Origin: a virus
Lineage: Duplodnaviria > Heunggongvirae > Uroviricota > Caudoviricetes
Length of the DNA stretch: 64,000 nucleotides
Strand: one strand, 5' to 3'
IMG/VR virus record: IMGVR_UViG_3300035208_003871
Shown: positions 30,829 through 39,570 of the stretch, piece by piece
How the letters are laid out: the number at the start of each line of letters is the position of its first letter
How positions within the stretch are numbered: the stretch's first letter is position 1
The notes under the pieces: model-generated
What the model was told of the DNA's origin: nothing
The model's database searches: none
The model's input: the letters and a program-made list of their open reading frames with translations, nothing else
Position numbers and translations under genes: made by a program

Positions 30829-31227
30829 TTACCATAAAAATTTCACGTTTGTAAATTCTTGCAGATCGGTTTTAATTCGCGGCTCGATAACTTTTTCCCA
30901 TATATAAAACTTGTTAGCGAGGCCAGCACCGAGTTTGGAGATTAAATAGATTTTATGGGGATTTCGTGCAATTTCGCTTTTTAATTTGAGGATTTCGTGA
31001 AGGTAAATTTTCTCATATTCGTCAGGTTTAAAGAATCCATGATCTTCATTTGTTGGACGCTTTTTGGTTATAAAACCGTATGTGTTTGGTTCATCGCGTA
31101 ATGCAGCTGCACCACCTTTTCCGGTTCTAAATGTGTTATCGCCATAAACAAATATTTGATCTGGGTATTTTAATAAGTGATCACGTGTCACGTGCATAAA
31201 AAGGTTAGTTCGTGGGGATAAATCCAC
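30829..31227 (-). CDS. Conserved hypothetical protein (132 aa) with the motif IFVYGDNTFRTGKGGAAALR.
   Basis: It overlaps the flotillin gene by 23 nt. The glycine-rich loop suggests a nucleotide or ADP-ribose binding fold. No family assignment was made. Confidence 0.45.
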   Translation of the reverse strand: MDLSPRTNLFMHVTRDHLLKYPDQIFVYGDNTFRTGKGGAAALRDEPNTYGFITKKRPTNEDHGFFKPDEYEKIYLHEILKLKSEIARNPHKIYLISKLGAGLANKFYIWEKVIEPRIKTDLQEFTNVKFLW

Positions 31228-32785
31228 GCTTCTTGAGATTATCGATAATTGCGTTACGCTGATCGGGTGTCAGGTTCTGATACATTTTTATAAGTGCATC
31301 GGCAGTGCCATCCTTTCCGAGATCGGTAGTGGTAATATCGGGTGCGGATCCGGTGACTTTGCGCACTTCTGATAAAATGTTCTGTAAGAGTCCGGATGGA
31401 GCTGCTGATCCCAATGCATCGAGTGAGCCGCCGATGTTCATTCCGCCTCCGGGAGTGAATAAATCCATGAAGTCCTTCGGAGCACCGCTTCCAATGTACT
31501 TAACATCTGCGTTCTGCAGTGCGGTTCCATAGACGGTTGCTACGGCCTGAGTAACCTCAAGTCTAAGTACTTCTATAGCTTTGTTTTGCTGGTATTCCTG
31601 TGCCTTTGCGATTGCAAGTTGTCCATCGGCTTCTGCCATCAACTGTGCCTTTGTACCTTCTGCTTTAGCGAGCAAATTGGCTTTCGTTCCTTCTGCTTCT
31701 GCTAATAGCTGAGCTTTGTTACCTTCGGCTTTCGCAAGCATTTCTGCTTTGTTACCTTCTGCACCGGCAACCATGGTCTTTTGCGTAACATCGGCTTTTG
31801 CGGTTCCTATCAATAGTGTGTTTTGTGCCTGACCTTCTCCTTCGAGGATTGCTTTCTTTCTCGATCCTTCTGCTACTTGGATGGTCGCTTCTCGCTGCTT
31901 ATCAGCTACAATGATCCCGGCATTTCCGTTAATTTCTGCTTTGCGTATTTCTTGCGTTTGATAAACTTCCATTTCTTTCTGAACGGCGAGTTGCTGTTGT
32001 TCGGCAACATTCATTTTCATTGCCTGATCACGCATTGCAATCTTTTCATTTGCTTCAATTTTACGGCTCTCGGATTGTTCACGCGCCTCTGATTCAGAAA
32101 CGCTTGCTTGTCGCTGCCGATTTGCCACTTCCATGCGCGAAGTTGCGTTGATTTCCGCTTCCTTCTTATTAGAAATGTCAAACACAACTGTTGAACTACT
32201 GTCATCCGGATCGCGGATACTCACAAATGCTACATTGGTGATTTCGCAACCCCATTTAGAGAAATCGGATTCGAGTTCGGACTTGACAAGGTTTGCGAGT
32301 TCTTCGCGCTTTGCAATGATATCTTCTATATTATAATTGGCAGTCGCGGTTCTTGTTGCACCAATTACGATATCTGATATTCCGTGAATGAATGAATCGA
32401 TAACAGAAGCGCCTTCAACTAATGGAAATCTTCGCGCTGCTTCGTTAACATTAGTAATTTTGCAGAATACAGATATGTCAACGGTGAATCGCGGGTTTCC
32501 CTTTGCGAATGTCTCGAAATTTTTGATTGGGATCTCGATGATATTTAGGGGCATTCTTCTAATGGTGACACCGAGCACTGGTAACCATGCAGGCCATGCA
32601 TAATACACAGGTTCCGGTTTCCCTGATGCAGTAACGCTGATATCGCCAGAGAAGATGTAACCACCTTTCGCGCTTACTACGACATCCGCCGCGTTCGGGG
32701 GTACAATCTTACGAAGAGTAATAATGTAATAAATCGCTATAATTAGGACTATTACTCCAATAAGTTGAAGAATTTCTATTATCAT
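31205..32785 (-). CDS. SPFH/band-7 domain protein, flotillin-like (YqiK-type), 526 aa.
   Basis: An N-terminal transmembrane helix (IIEILQLIGVIVLIIAIYYII) is followed by an SPFH core and a long Ala/Glu-rich coiled coil with AEG-x-KA repeats (AEGNKAEMLAKAEGNKAQLLAEAEGTKANLLAKAEGTKAQLMAEADG). Confidence 0.8.
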   Translation of the reverse strand: MIIEILQLIGVIVLIIAIYYIITLRKIVPPNAADVVVSAKGGYIFSGDISVTASGKPEPVYYAWPAWLPVLGVTIRRMPLNIIEIPIKNFETFAKGNPRFTVDISVFCKITNVNEAARRFPLVEGASVIDSFIHGISDIVIGATRTATANYNIEDIIAKREELANLVKSELESDFSKWGCEITNVAFVSIRDPDDSSSTVVFDISNKKEAEINATSRMEVANRQRQASVSESEAREQSESRKIEANEKIAMRDQAMKMNVAEQQQLAVQKEMEVYQTQEIRKAEINGNAGIIVADKQREATIQVAEGSRKKAILEGEGQAQNTLLIGTAKADVTQKTMVAGAEGNKAEMLAKAEGNKAQLLAEAEGTKANLLAKAEGTKAQLMAEADGQLAIAKAQEYQQNKAIEVLRLEVTQAVATVYGTALQNADVKYIGSGAPKDFMDLFTPGGGMNIGGSLDALGSAAPSGLLQNILSEVRKVTGSAPDITTTDLGKDGTADALIKMYQNLTPDQRNAIIDNLKKRGFIPTN

Positions 32786-33021
32786 AAAGGTCGTTCACTC
32801 CTGAGTTTCACTGTTCCTTTAGTAATGTTAATACTAAAGTCCGGTTTAAGTAACGTGCTGCGTTCCTGACTTTCATCCGAAAACTGAAGAATTATCGTCT
32901 GACCCTGTTCCACGAGTAGTTCATAGAACTTCGCGATGTCCTCAGGATTATGAAACACAATCTCATCATCGGCCATCCGTTTTATCTTCATTATTTCAAT
33001 GGACATATGGCTTTTCGCCAC
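32782..33021 (-). CDS. Hypothetical 79-aa protein, the first gene of the minus-strand operon.
   Basis: It overlaps the flotillin start by 4 nt (ATGA-type coupling). Confidence 0.4.
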   Translation of the reverse strand: MAKSHMSIEIMKIKRMADDEIVFHNPEDIAKFYELLVEQGQTIILQFSDESQERSTLLKPDFSINITKGTVKLRSERPL

Positions 33022-33124
33022 CTATACATTAAATGGAGAAGTATTTATATGTTTTTAAGACGAAATTATAATAAGTAAATGTGTGCCGGTTTACTATGTT
33101 TATATAGTGTCAAATGGGGGTATC

Positions 33125-33316
33125 ATGTTAATAGAAATATCATTAGCAAATTTGTATATTGTAGGTGTGGTAATTATGTTTAGTGGGATTATTGCAATGT
33201 TTGTGTTTTATGATAATGTAATAATGAGAACTGTGGCATTATTTATTGGAATGCTCGCCTCAATGTGGGTTTATAGTACATTTCGGCTGGTTATTGGTAA
33301 TAATTTGGAGGAGTAA
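33125..33316 (+). CDS. Small membrane protein, the first gene of the plus-strand early-like operon.
   Basis: The ATG at 33125 is preceded by a TTTATATAG TATA-like box about 20 nt upstream. The product is hydrophobic (MLIEISLANLYIVGVVIMFSGIIAMFVFY...). Confidence 0.4.
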   Translation: MLIEISLANLYIVGVVIMFSGIIAMFVFYDNVIMRTVALFIGMLASMWVYSTFRLVIGNNLEE

Positions 33317-33696
33317 TGCCTGAATGGGAAGGTGAATATGGTGGATATGGTGGTAGTTATAGTGAAGATTATGCTGCAAGATTATCTCTTCAGCAATTGC
33401 GCGATGAAGTTATAAAGGTCGAGAATGAATTGAAAAATAAAAAAGAACAGCATTTAGTTGAAAATCAAACCAAATTAGATAAAAGTTGTATAGATCTTAT
33501 TAATACAATAAAGAAATTGACAGTAAATGGTGATGAATGCGTTGTATTTAAATGCAGCACATGTGGATACGCTCCATGTTATGTAGTAGTGAATTATCCG
33601 GCACAATTTGTGGGTATTGCAACGAAAAAATCGCCAGAAACATGTTTATTCAGAAGTGATATTAAGCCTAAATGGGAAGAATACAATGTTCATTGA
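33316..33696 (+). CDS. Hypothetical protein (126 aa) with a CSTCG...C motif.
   Basis: An ORF with a Gly/Tyr-rich N-terminus. Confidence 0.45.
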   Translation: MPEWEGEYGGYGGSYSEDYAARLSLQQLRDEVIKVENELKNKKEQHLVENQTKLDKSCIDLINTIKKLTVNGDECVVFKCSTCGYAPCYVVVNYPAQFVGIATKKSPETCLFRSDIKPKWEEYNVH

Positions 33697-33892
33697 ATTA
33701 TTTGCCGCGTTAATGCTTTGTGTTTTACTTTACTATGGATATTACATATTTAAGTTTACAGCCAAACTGTTTTACTATATTTATAAGTTTGGGTGTCGGG
33801 AAGATAGGGTGGTAATTGTTGTTGTCATTTTATTAGTTGTTTTGGGATTTCTCGCGCTTCTTGAGAAAAATGGTGCTAAATTTTATGGATGA
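33686..33892 (+). CDS. Small membrane protein.
   Basis: The ATG at 33686 overlaps the previous stop. Two hydrophobic helices. Confidence 0.35.
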   Translation: MFIELFAALMLCVLLYYGYYIFKFTAKLFYYIYKFGCREDRVVIVVVILLVVLGFLALLEKNGAKFYG

Positions 33893-34064
33893 AGTTAACA
33901 AGGTAACATTATGGACGTGCAACGATTGTGATACTCCATGTTTTGCTATTGTTAGATCGGTTGGTAAAGACAATGGCTCATTTCCGAGAGTTACTAATTG
34001 TTTGATTGGGAGTAAACAGCATGTTGATTGGAAGTTAATTGGATATGATAAACTTATTCAGTAA
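33885..34064 (+). CDS. Small Cys-containing protein.
   Basis: An ATGGATGA start/stop overlap. The product is MDEVNKVTLWTCNDCDTPCF... Confidence 0.35.
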   Translation: MDEVNKVTLWTCNDCDTPCFAIVRSVGKDNGSFPRVTNCLIGSKQHVDWKLIGYDKLIQ

Positions 34065-34095
34065 GAATTTTAAATGTAAAAAGCAATGGTTATAT

Positions 34096-34299
34096 ATGAG
34101 AACTAGATATAATTTTTTTACAAAGTGGCATCTGTTGTACGCAATTGTATGGTCTGCATTTACAGCACTTGTGGGAGTTTACATTGGAGTCAATTATAAT
34201 TATGCTGTAGCAATGATACTTTGTGGACTATCTATGTATTTTGTCGGTGTATTTATGGGAACATTCCTTGGCAAACAGCAAGTAAATGACTACGATTAA
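34096..34299 (+). CDS. Small membrane protein with two transmembrane helices.
   Basis: Hydrophobic segments WHLLYAIVWSAFTALVGVYIGV and AMILCGLSMYFVGVFMGTF. Confidence 0.35.
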   Translation: MRTRYNFFTKWHLLYAIVWSAFTALVGVYIGVNYNYAVAMILCGLSMYFVGVFMGTFLGKQQVNDYD

Positions 34300-34585
34300 A
34301 TTTCCTGATAAACCACCCAGATTTTTCAGTGACTTGGAGTTTGATGATATGGAGTTAAATGATAATTCTTGCCAGACTTGTGTAGCTGCAAGTGATACTG
34401 ATCGATGTAATGGATATCTCGATCTGAAATGTAATGTCGGATATCTTCTGGGATGGAATAAAGTTCCGTTTATGCAGCGATGTGAAGAGATTCGTAATAG
34501 GAATGAATCGGTAATTGAAGCTAAATATCCATGCAAATATCATATGACTGTGGAAAAGTTCGTTAAAAGAATCGATAATCCATGA
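34286..34585 (+). CDS. Cys-rich small protein (99 aa).
   Basis: CQTCVAASDTDRCNGY...CNVGY...CEEIRN...CKYH. Confidence 0.4.
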   Translation: MTTIKFPDKPPRFFSDLEFDDMELNDNSCQTCVAASDTDRCNGYLDLKCNVGYLLGWNKVPFMQRCEEIRNRNESVIEAKYPCKYHMTVEKFVKRIDNP

Positions 34586-34923
34586 GTGATAAAGCAGATC
34601 CTGAGATAGTGAATTTTATATTAAGGGATATGAATGAAAATCTAATTAACCGTATAGTGACAATTCGCAACCGTCAGAAGAAACATGATAACTTTATGGC
34701 TATGGATGAGGCTGTCCGGTTAATTGAGATGAAATGCCGTGGCATTGAAGGAAAAGAGTCATGGTATAAGGTTCTCGATAAACGGTGCCCTATATGTAAC
34801 ACCAAGTTGTTACAGTACATTGGTCCAAAAATGATGCTAAAATTAAATTGGAGTAGAGATCCAGTTGGTTATTGTATTCATTGTGAAAAAACCCTATTAT
34901 TAAATGGCGAAATAATACCATGA
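34582..34923 (+). CDS. C4 zinc-ribbon protein (113 aa).
   Basis: CPICNTKL...CIHCEK. An ATGA overlap with the upstream gene. Confidence 0.45.
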   Translation: MSDKADPEIVNFILRDMNENLINRIVTIRNRQKKHDNFMAMDEAVRLIEMKCRGIEGKESWYKVLDKRCPICNTKLLQYIGPKMMLKLNWSRDPVGYCIHCEKTLLLNGEIIP

Positions 34924-35090
34924 TTGCATCTGAATTGGTGAAGACACTCAATCATTACATAGAAATGTATGGTGATGAAAAAGTATTCATAGAATGCACA
35001 AACCGCGAAATTGCTGGTGGACATGATGTCTATTCTGTAGAGATGGATAAAAACTGTATAACATTGAAATGGAAGCCTTATCGTGAGTGA
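34920..35090 (+). CDS. Hypothetical 56-aa protein, a paralogue of 36873..37025.
   Basis: MIASELVKTLNHYIEMYGDEKVF aligns with MKASELIESLNYLINTYGDLSVF. Confidence 0.35.
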   Translation: MIASELVKTLNHYIEMYGDEKVFIECTNREIAGGHDVYSVEMDKNCITLKWKPYRE

Positions 35091-35298
35091 ATGTATACTG
35101 AAATGTCCAAAATGCGGGAAGCGGCAATCGATTGATAAAGAGATTTATGATCATTGCATGGAGATTAAAAAGTTAGCTGAAACTGATAATATTTTATGTA
35201 TGCCGCATCCATTTACATGTGGTGAATGCGGAGAAGAGCTGGAATTGTGGTTGCCGTTAAATGATAATATGAAATATGGATTTGGTTATGATTTATGA
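35083..35298 (+). CDS. Zinc-ribbon protein (71 aa).
   Basis: CPKCGKRQ...CGECGEE. Confidence 0.4.
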   Translation: MSECILKCPKCGKRQSIDKEIYDHCMEIKKLAETDNILCMPHPFTCGECGEELELWLPLNDNMKYGFGYDL

Positions 35299-35488
35299 AT
35301 TAATGATGGGTATGGCGCTGTTTATTATATTGGTATTGTATGCATTTTCGTTGTCTCTTGGCGTTTTCATGGGACTTGCGTTTATTTATAATATTCGTAT
35401 GAGGGAGTATTCCGAGGCGATAAAATGTGCAATTATTGGGTTTGTATGTTTGATTCCAACATTTTTTATATTAGGGACGGCAATATGA
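35276..35488 (+). CDS. Small membrane protein (70 aa).
   Basis: Two hydrophobic helices. Confidence 0.35.
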   Translation: MDLVMIYELMMGMALFIILVLYAFSLSLGVFMGLAFIYNIRMREYSEAIKCAIIGFVCLIPTFFILGTAI

Positions 35489-35494
35489 GGAATA

Positions 35495-35926
35495 ATGATT
35501 ATATTAGCATGTGATGGCGGATGCAGATTAACCAGAAAAGATAGGTTAGGCGCGTGGGCCTACACAATAATTGAGGATGGAGAGATTGTCGCCAGCGATA
35601 GTGGAATTGAATTGGATACCACCGTTAATAGATGTGAATACCGGGCACTGCTTGAGGGATTGGGTGCTATTGGAATTGCTTGTAAAGGGCACGATGTTAG
35701 AATTATATCGGATTCACAACTTTTGATTTATCAAGTGACGGGCAAGTGGAAAGTTAATGATATTACATTACAAGAGTTAAAAAGTAAAGTACTTAGAGTT
35801 GGAGGTATAATGTTACATGGCTGTAATGTAGAGTTTGTGTGGATGGCACGAGATAATGAATGGACTGCAAGATGCGATAAAATGTGCAATATCGCAATGG
35901 ACCATTACATTGAGGAACATGGATGA
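35495..35926 (+). CDS. rnhA: Ribonuclease H (RNase HI-like), 143 aa.
   Basis: RNase H fold signature: ILACDGG...AWAY, then CEYRALLEGL, then IISDSQLLIYQVTGKWKV, then ARDNEWTARCDKMCNIA. Confidence 0.7.
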   Translation: MIILACDGGCRLTRKDRLGAWAYTIIEDGEIVASDSGIELDTTVNRCEYRALLEGLGAIGIACKGHDVRIISDSQLLIYQVTGKWKVNDITLQELKSKVLRVGGIMLHGCNVEFVWMARDNEWTARCDKMCNIAMDHYIEEHG

Positions 35927-36257
35927 AATTATGACGGATGTTGACATAATAACGGCGATGGAATTGTATGAGAAATCCATTCAACAATTCCATGTTATGG
36001 CAAAAGCAGTTGCAAATGACGATGAGTTTAGAAAATCAAATCCGACAGTGCAGACGTTAATTAAATTTAAAGGAGCGATTCGGGATTTGTATAATGAATT
36101 AGATTTTCAGATAGCCGTCACTTCAAAATTTATTGAAATGGCACCAAATGTTTCTGATTTATTATGGAAAAGGATTGATGAGACGATTATCATTGGTAAA
36201 ACTTTACAGGAAAAAACCGGTATAGAATGGGAGGCATTGCCGCAATGGACGAAGTAA
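35919..36257 (+). CDS. Hypothetical protein (113 aa).
   Basis: The ATG at 35919 overlaps the RNase H stop. The ORF track places the start upstream, inside RNase H. Confidence 0.4.
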   Translation: MDEIMTDVDIITAMELYEKSIQQFHVMAKAVANDDEFRKSNPTVQTLIKFKGAIRDLYNELDFQIAVTSKFIEMAPNVSDLLWKRIDETIIIGKTLQEKTGIEWEALPQWTK

Positions 36258-36532
36258 TCTGTCATAAGTGTGAGTATTTTGATTGGACTGATGAAGAAGA
36301 GTGGTGTAATAATAGTGGTGAATTATTGGGAGATATAACGTGTGGAAATACTACTAAAAGTGAATGTGACGATTTTAGGGAACGGGAAATAGGTATCGAT
36401 TTTGCAATTGGCGAAGATAGATCGGGATATATCTTTTGTAAATTTACGAAGTGTGAAAAATGTGGCAAACTGGTTCTTGGATTAATAGATACAGAGCATC
36501 ATGTGTGCCAAGAATGCAAACGTGTTGATTAA
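36227..36532 (+). CDS. Zinc-ribbon protein.
   Basis: CHKCEYF...CGN...CEKCGK...CQECK. The likely true start is the internal MDEV at about 36245. Confidence 0.4.
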   Translation: MGGIAAMDEVICHKCEYFDWTDEEEWCNNSGELLGDITCGNTTKSECDDFREREIGIDFAIGEDRSGYIFCKFTKCEKCGKLVLGLIDTEHHVCQECKRVD

Positions 36533-36710
36533 ATCTATGAAAACAGTACAAAACTTAGTTGATGAATTAACTAAGTATGATCCAACTTTCGGGATTGTAA
36601 TTTATGCCGATATCAGAGTGTATAAAACTCCAATAACGGGCAGCCTTGATTATATTGGTACAATTCCAAGTAATATAGGGTACTCAAGTATCGAGGATTA
36701 TGATGAGTGA
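36501..36710 (+). CDS. Hypothetical 69-aa protein.
   Basis: ORF only. Confidence 0.3.
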   Translation: MCAKNANVLIKSMKTVQNLVDELTKYDPTFGIVIYADIRVYKTPITGSLDYIGTIPSNIGYSSIEDYDE

Positions 36711-36873
36711 TTTTCATCCTTGTGCAAAATGCGTGTGGACAGATATAGATTGTGAGGTGTGCAATAATCCATTATCTGATGTTTACAATATCGATTACAT
36801 GGAATCCAGATGCAATTATTACCTTGATGAGTATGATCTTCGTGAAATATATACAGAGTTAGGTGTTTGTTAA
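36703..36873 (+). CDS. Small Cys-rich protein (56 aa).
   Basis: MSDFHPCAKCVWTDIDCEVCNN...RCNYY. Confidence 0.3.
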   Translation: MSDFHPCAKCVWTDIDCEVCNNPLSDVYNIDYMESRCNYYLDEYDLREIYTELGVC

Positions 36874-37025
36874 TGAAAGCAAGTGAGTTAATCGAATCAT
36901 TAAATTATCTAATAAATACATATGGAGATTTATCAGTATTTACTGAGCATGAAAATAATGATCAGATATATGTTATTACACTTCCTGATATTGGTTTTAT
37001 AATTTCAAAGGATGGATCTCCATGA
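36873..37025 (+). CDS. Hypothetical 50-aa protein, a paralogue of 34920..35090.
   Basis: TAATG and ATGA overlaps on both sides. Confidence 0.3.
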   Translation: MKASELIESLNYLINTYGDLSVFTEHENNDQIYVITLPDIGFIISKDGSP

Positions 37026-37303
37026 GTGATGATTATTTAACTGATACAGTTGTGAAATTTCCACCAAATGTTGTCGGGAGGTTTATTGGTGGTCGTTTTA
37101 TCCCGGAAGGCAGTGATTTAAAGGTTTTTATATTTGAGTGTAATGAGTGCAGTTTTCTACAACCATGTCGTTATAGCAGAGTAAGCAGCGATAGCGAAGT
37201 CGATGATCCAATTAATTGTCCAAATTGTCATGCTTATATACCTGATTGGAGTAGAGTAGAATTTTTGGAGTGGAAAAATTCCAGTGTGGTGAAAGATGAG
37301 TAA
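37022..37303 (+). CDS. Zinc-ribbon protein (93 aa).
   Basis: CNECSF...CPNCHAY. Confidence 0.4.
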   Translation: MSDDYLTDTVVKFPPNVVGRFIGGRFIPEGSDLKVFIFECNECSFLQPCRYSRVSSDSEVDDPINCPNCHAYIPDWSRVEFLEWKNSSVVKDE

Positions 37304-37583
37304 TTGGGGAGATGGGCACTGGTTAACTCCTGAGCGAATGGAGTTTCACCGGTTATCGACTAAAGTGTGGTTTCGAGGATCTGTTACCACAATTGGTGAA
37401 ATGGAACGCCAGTTAATTAATGAAGAATTAGATCGGTTGTATCCCATGGGTGATAACAAAGATGAAAACATCAAAATTATGGGCAAGCATTTAGAAAAAG
37501 TCCTTGATACAAAATGGAGATATGATTATTTACTGTCATTGGATCCTGATAGGCATTATAAATCCAAACGGGTGAAATCATGA
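37296..37583 (+). CDS. Hypothetical protein (95 aa).
   Basis: ORF in the operon. Confidence 0.4.
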   Translation: MSNWGDGHWLTPERMEFHRLSTKVWFRGSVTTIGEMERQLINEELDRLYPMGDNKDENIKIMGKHLEKVLDTKWRYDYLLSLDPDRHYKSKRVKS

Positions 37584-37771
37584 AATGGATGGATAATATT
37601 TTAAATGGTAATATTAAACCTGAGAGCGTTAAATCTGAAAGCAGTTATCATTCACCTATGGATTGCCCAAATATGGAATTAAAATGGGATGATGGTGGGT
37701 GCTATCCTAAAAAACATGTTAAATATTGTGAGTATTGTAGTTCTGAATTGTGGAAAGATGAAGAATTATGA
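37580..37771 (+). CDS. Small Cys protein (63 aa).
   Basis: CPNME...CYP...CEYCSS. Confidence 0.35.
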   Translation: MKWMDNILNGNIKPESVKSESSYHSPMDCPNMELKWDDGGCYPKKHVKYCEYCSSELWKDEEL

Positions 37772-37980
37772 AAAATTTGCCAATTATTCGAGCAGTATTT
37801 TGTCCATGGACTCATCAACTTCACGATATAGGCTTATGTGCTGATTGTTGTGATCATTATTCAGGTGATGGTCAGGACATTGATGGAATGAAATGCAACT
37901 ACGTAGAACATTGTCCCAATGAACCCAACTATTCATGGAAACGAAACCTTGAAGAATCATACAGGAAGTTAAACCAATGA
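37768..37980 (+). CDS. Small Cys-rich protein (70 aa).
   Basis: CPWTH...CADCCDHY...CNYVEHCPNE. Confidence 0.35.
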   Translation: MKNLPIIRAVFCPWTHQLHDIGLCADCCDHYSGDGQDIDGMKCNYVEHCPNEPNYSWKRNLEESYRKLNQ

Positions 37981-38101
37981 AAACAGAGCAGGAGATACGA
38001 GGGCGGATTGAATCGCTTGAAAAGTTACTCAAAACATTTGGATTTGATTGTTCAATAGAAGCCTCAAGATTACAATTACAATGGGTTCTCGGTGAGGAGT
38101 C

Positions 38102-38326
38102 ATGAAGAAGTATTTTGTTATGTGTGAAGGATCTTATGATTTTTTCGATACAGAAGAAGAGGCAGTTAAATACGCAGAATCGTTAATTGAAGATTTTTTA
38201 GATGGCAATGAGTGGGAATGTGAAAATGATGACATATTCTGGGGAGAAGTAAAGCAAAGTGGTAAATTTGAGAAGGTTGAATGTAATCCAGATGCATATG
38301 TTTATGCTCTAGAGGATGTATCATGA
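38102..38326 (+). CDS. Acidic small protein (74 aa).
   Basis: ORF. Confidence 0.35.
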   Translation: MKKYFVMCEGSYDFFDTEEEAVKYAESLIEDFLDGNEWECENDDIFWGEVKQSGKFEKVECNPDAYVYALEDVS

Positions 38327-38428
38327 ATGATAATTATTACCACACTGAACCAATTGAACCATTTGTTTGGTGTGTTTTGGCCGAGATGCACATACCATTA
38401 AAGTTGTGTCGCCAGTGCAAAAATAACG

Positions 38429-38761
38429 TTGGAATGGATGAACAAACAATTAACTGTAAATGTGGTCCAACTCATGAATGATAATCGTCCATGTACTGGA
38501 TTTTGCAATGAACGATCTTATTGCGTGTTTTTAAATGGTGAATTTGACGAATGCTTCAATAATGAGGTTTACCAAAAACGATCTAAATTAGAAAACACCC
38601 TAGTTGATAAATGTCATAAGAAATTCAAGGGATCCGTTGAAGAGTGGCAAGCATTATTAGATCGAATTTACCGGGAAGTTTGTGAAACGTATCCCTGTAG
38701 GTACAACGTTAACAAGAATGAAGTTGTTAAATTAATCGATGACAATGATGGAGTAAAATAA
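38429..38761 (+). CDS. Cys-containing protein. The real start is probably the internal MNDNRPC at about 38476. A 52-aa zinc-ribbon ORF lies at 38323..38481.
   Basis: ORF. ATGAATGA-type overlap. Confidence 0.35.
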   Translation: MEWMNKQLTVNVVQLMNDNRPCTGFCNERSYCVFLNGEFDECFNNEVYQKRSKLENTLVDKCHKKFKGSVEEWQALLDRIYREVCETYPCRYNVNKNEVVKLIDDNDGVK

Positions 38762-39021
38762 TGAAGTTGACCTGTCTATGTAAAAAATTAATCTATGATG
38801 CAAAGGATCCTATAGTAATGGTGGGTATTTTGTTTTTGTTTGTGGCAGTGTGGCATATTGTTGCATACTCGCTGGCTTACTTCTTTCCAATTATACCAAC
38901 CGACTGTGCTCAATTATACTTAGTTATTACAGGATTGCTCATGTTACTGGCGTTATTTGCTTCATGGTTCTATACGTGGATAACTGGAGCCATTGATTAC
39001 TGCAGGAGAATTCACGATTAA
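38761..39021 (+). CDS. Small membrane protein (86 aa).
   Basis: Two hydrophobic helices. Confidence 0.35.
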   Translation: MKLTCLCKKLIYDAKDPIVMVGILFLFVAVWHIVAYSLAYFFPIIPTDCAQLYLVITGLLMLLALFASWFYTWITGAIDYCRRIHD

Positions 39022-39022
39022 C

Positions 39023-39235
39023 ATGACACACGACATTTACAAACCTTGTTATAAAAGTTATACGGCAATATTCATAGGATCTGAACACGATTTTGCGTTA
39101 TTCGTACCATCTTGTGGCTCTTGTATGCATGGAAACTTCACCCAATACAAAGTTTGTCCAAACCTTCACGAAGATGATCGCATCCCACAAAACTTCATGA
39201 ATCATCTAAACAACACAATTAGGTGTAAGGATTAA
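39023..39235 (+). CDS. Cys/His-rich small protein.
   Basis: The ATG at 39023 is preceded by AGGAGA. The product is MTHDIYKPCYKSY...CGSCMHG. Confidence 0.35.
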   Translation: MTHDIYKPCYKSYTAIFIGSEHDFALFVPSCGSCMHGNFTQYKVCPNLHEDDRIPQNFMNHLNNTIRCKD

Positions 39236-39236
39236 C

Positions 39237-39425
39237 ATGTTTACAAATAACAATTCTGAATGGAGATGTGATTATTGTAATGTATTATTTAATGGGCTTG
39301 AGGCAGTTCAGAATGTAATATGCATTAAGGAAGGTAATAACGAATCTATGCATTTTTGTAACTATGATCATGCTGCTAAACATTTTGCATGTAAAGCATT
39401 GGGAAATAATGACAATCGATCTTGA
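39237..39425 (+). CDS. Small Cys protein (62 aa).
   Basis: CDYCNVLF...HFCNYDH. Confidence 0.35.
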   Translation: MFTNNNSEWRCDYCNVLFNGLEAVQNVICIKEGNNESMHFCNYDHAAKHFACKALGNNDNRS

Positions 39426-39570
39426 TACTATTTTTAAATTAAAGAAACAGGCAATGAAAAATTGTGAGGATCGGATTCATGAAGCTGCTTCACATCATCC
39501 CCCGGTTAGTGATAAATCGGACGAATCTTATGGAATGACATCTGTTTTACGAAAGCGTCACGGATTGTAA
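39364..39570 (+). CDS. Hypothetical protein.
   Basis: It overlaps the previous ORF, so the start is uncertain. Confidence 0.25.
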   Translation: MIMLLNILHVKHWEIMTIDLDTIFKLKKQAMKNCEDRIHEAASHHPPVSDKSDESYGMTSVLRKRHGL

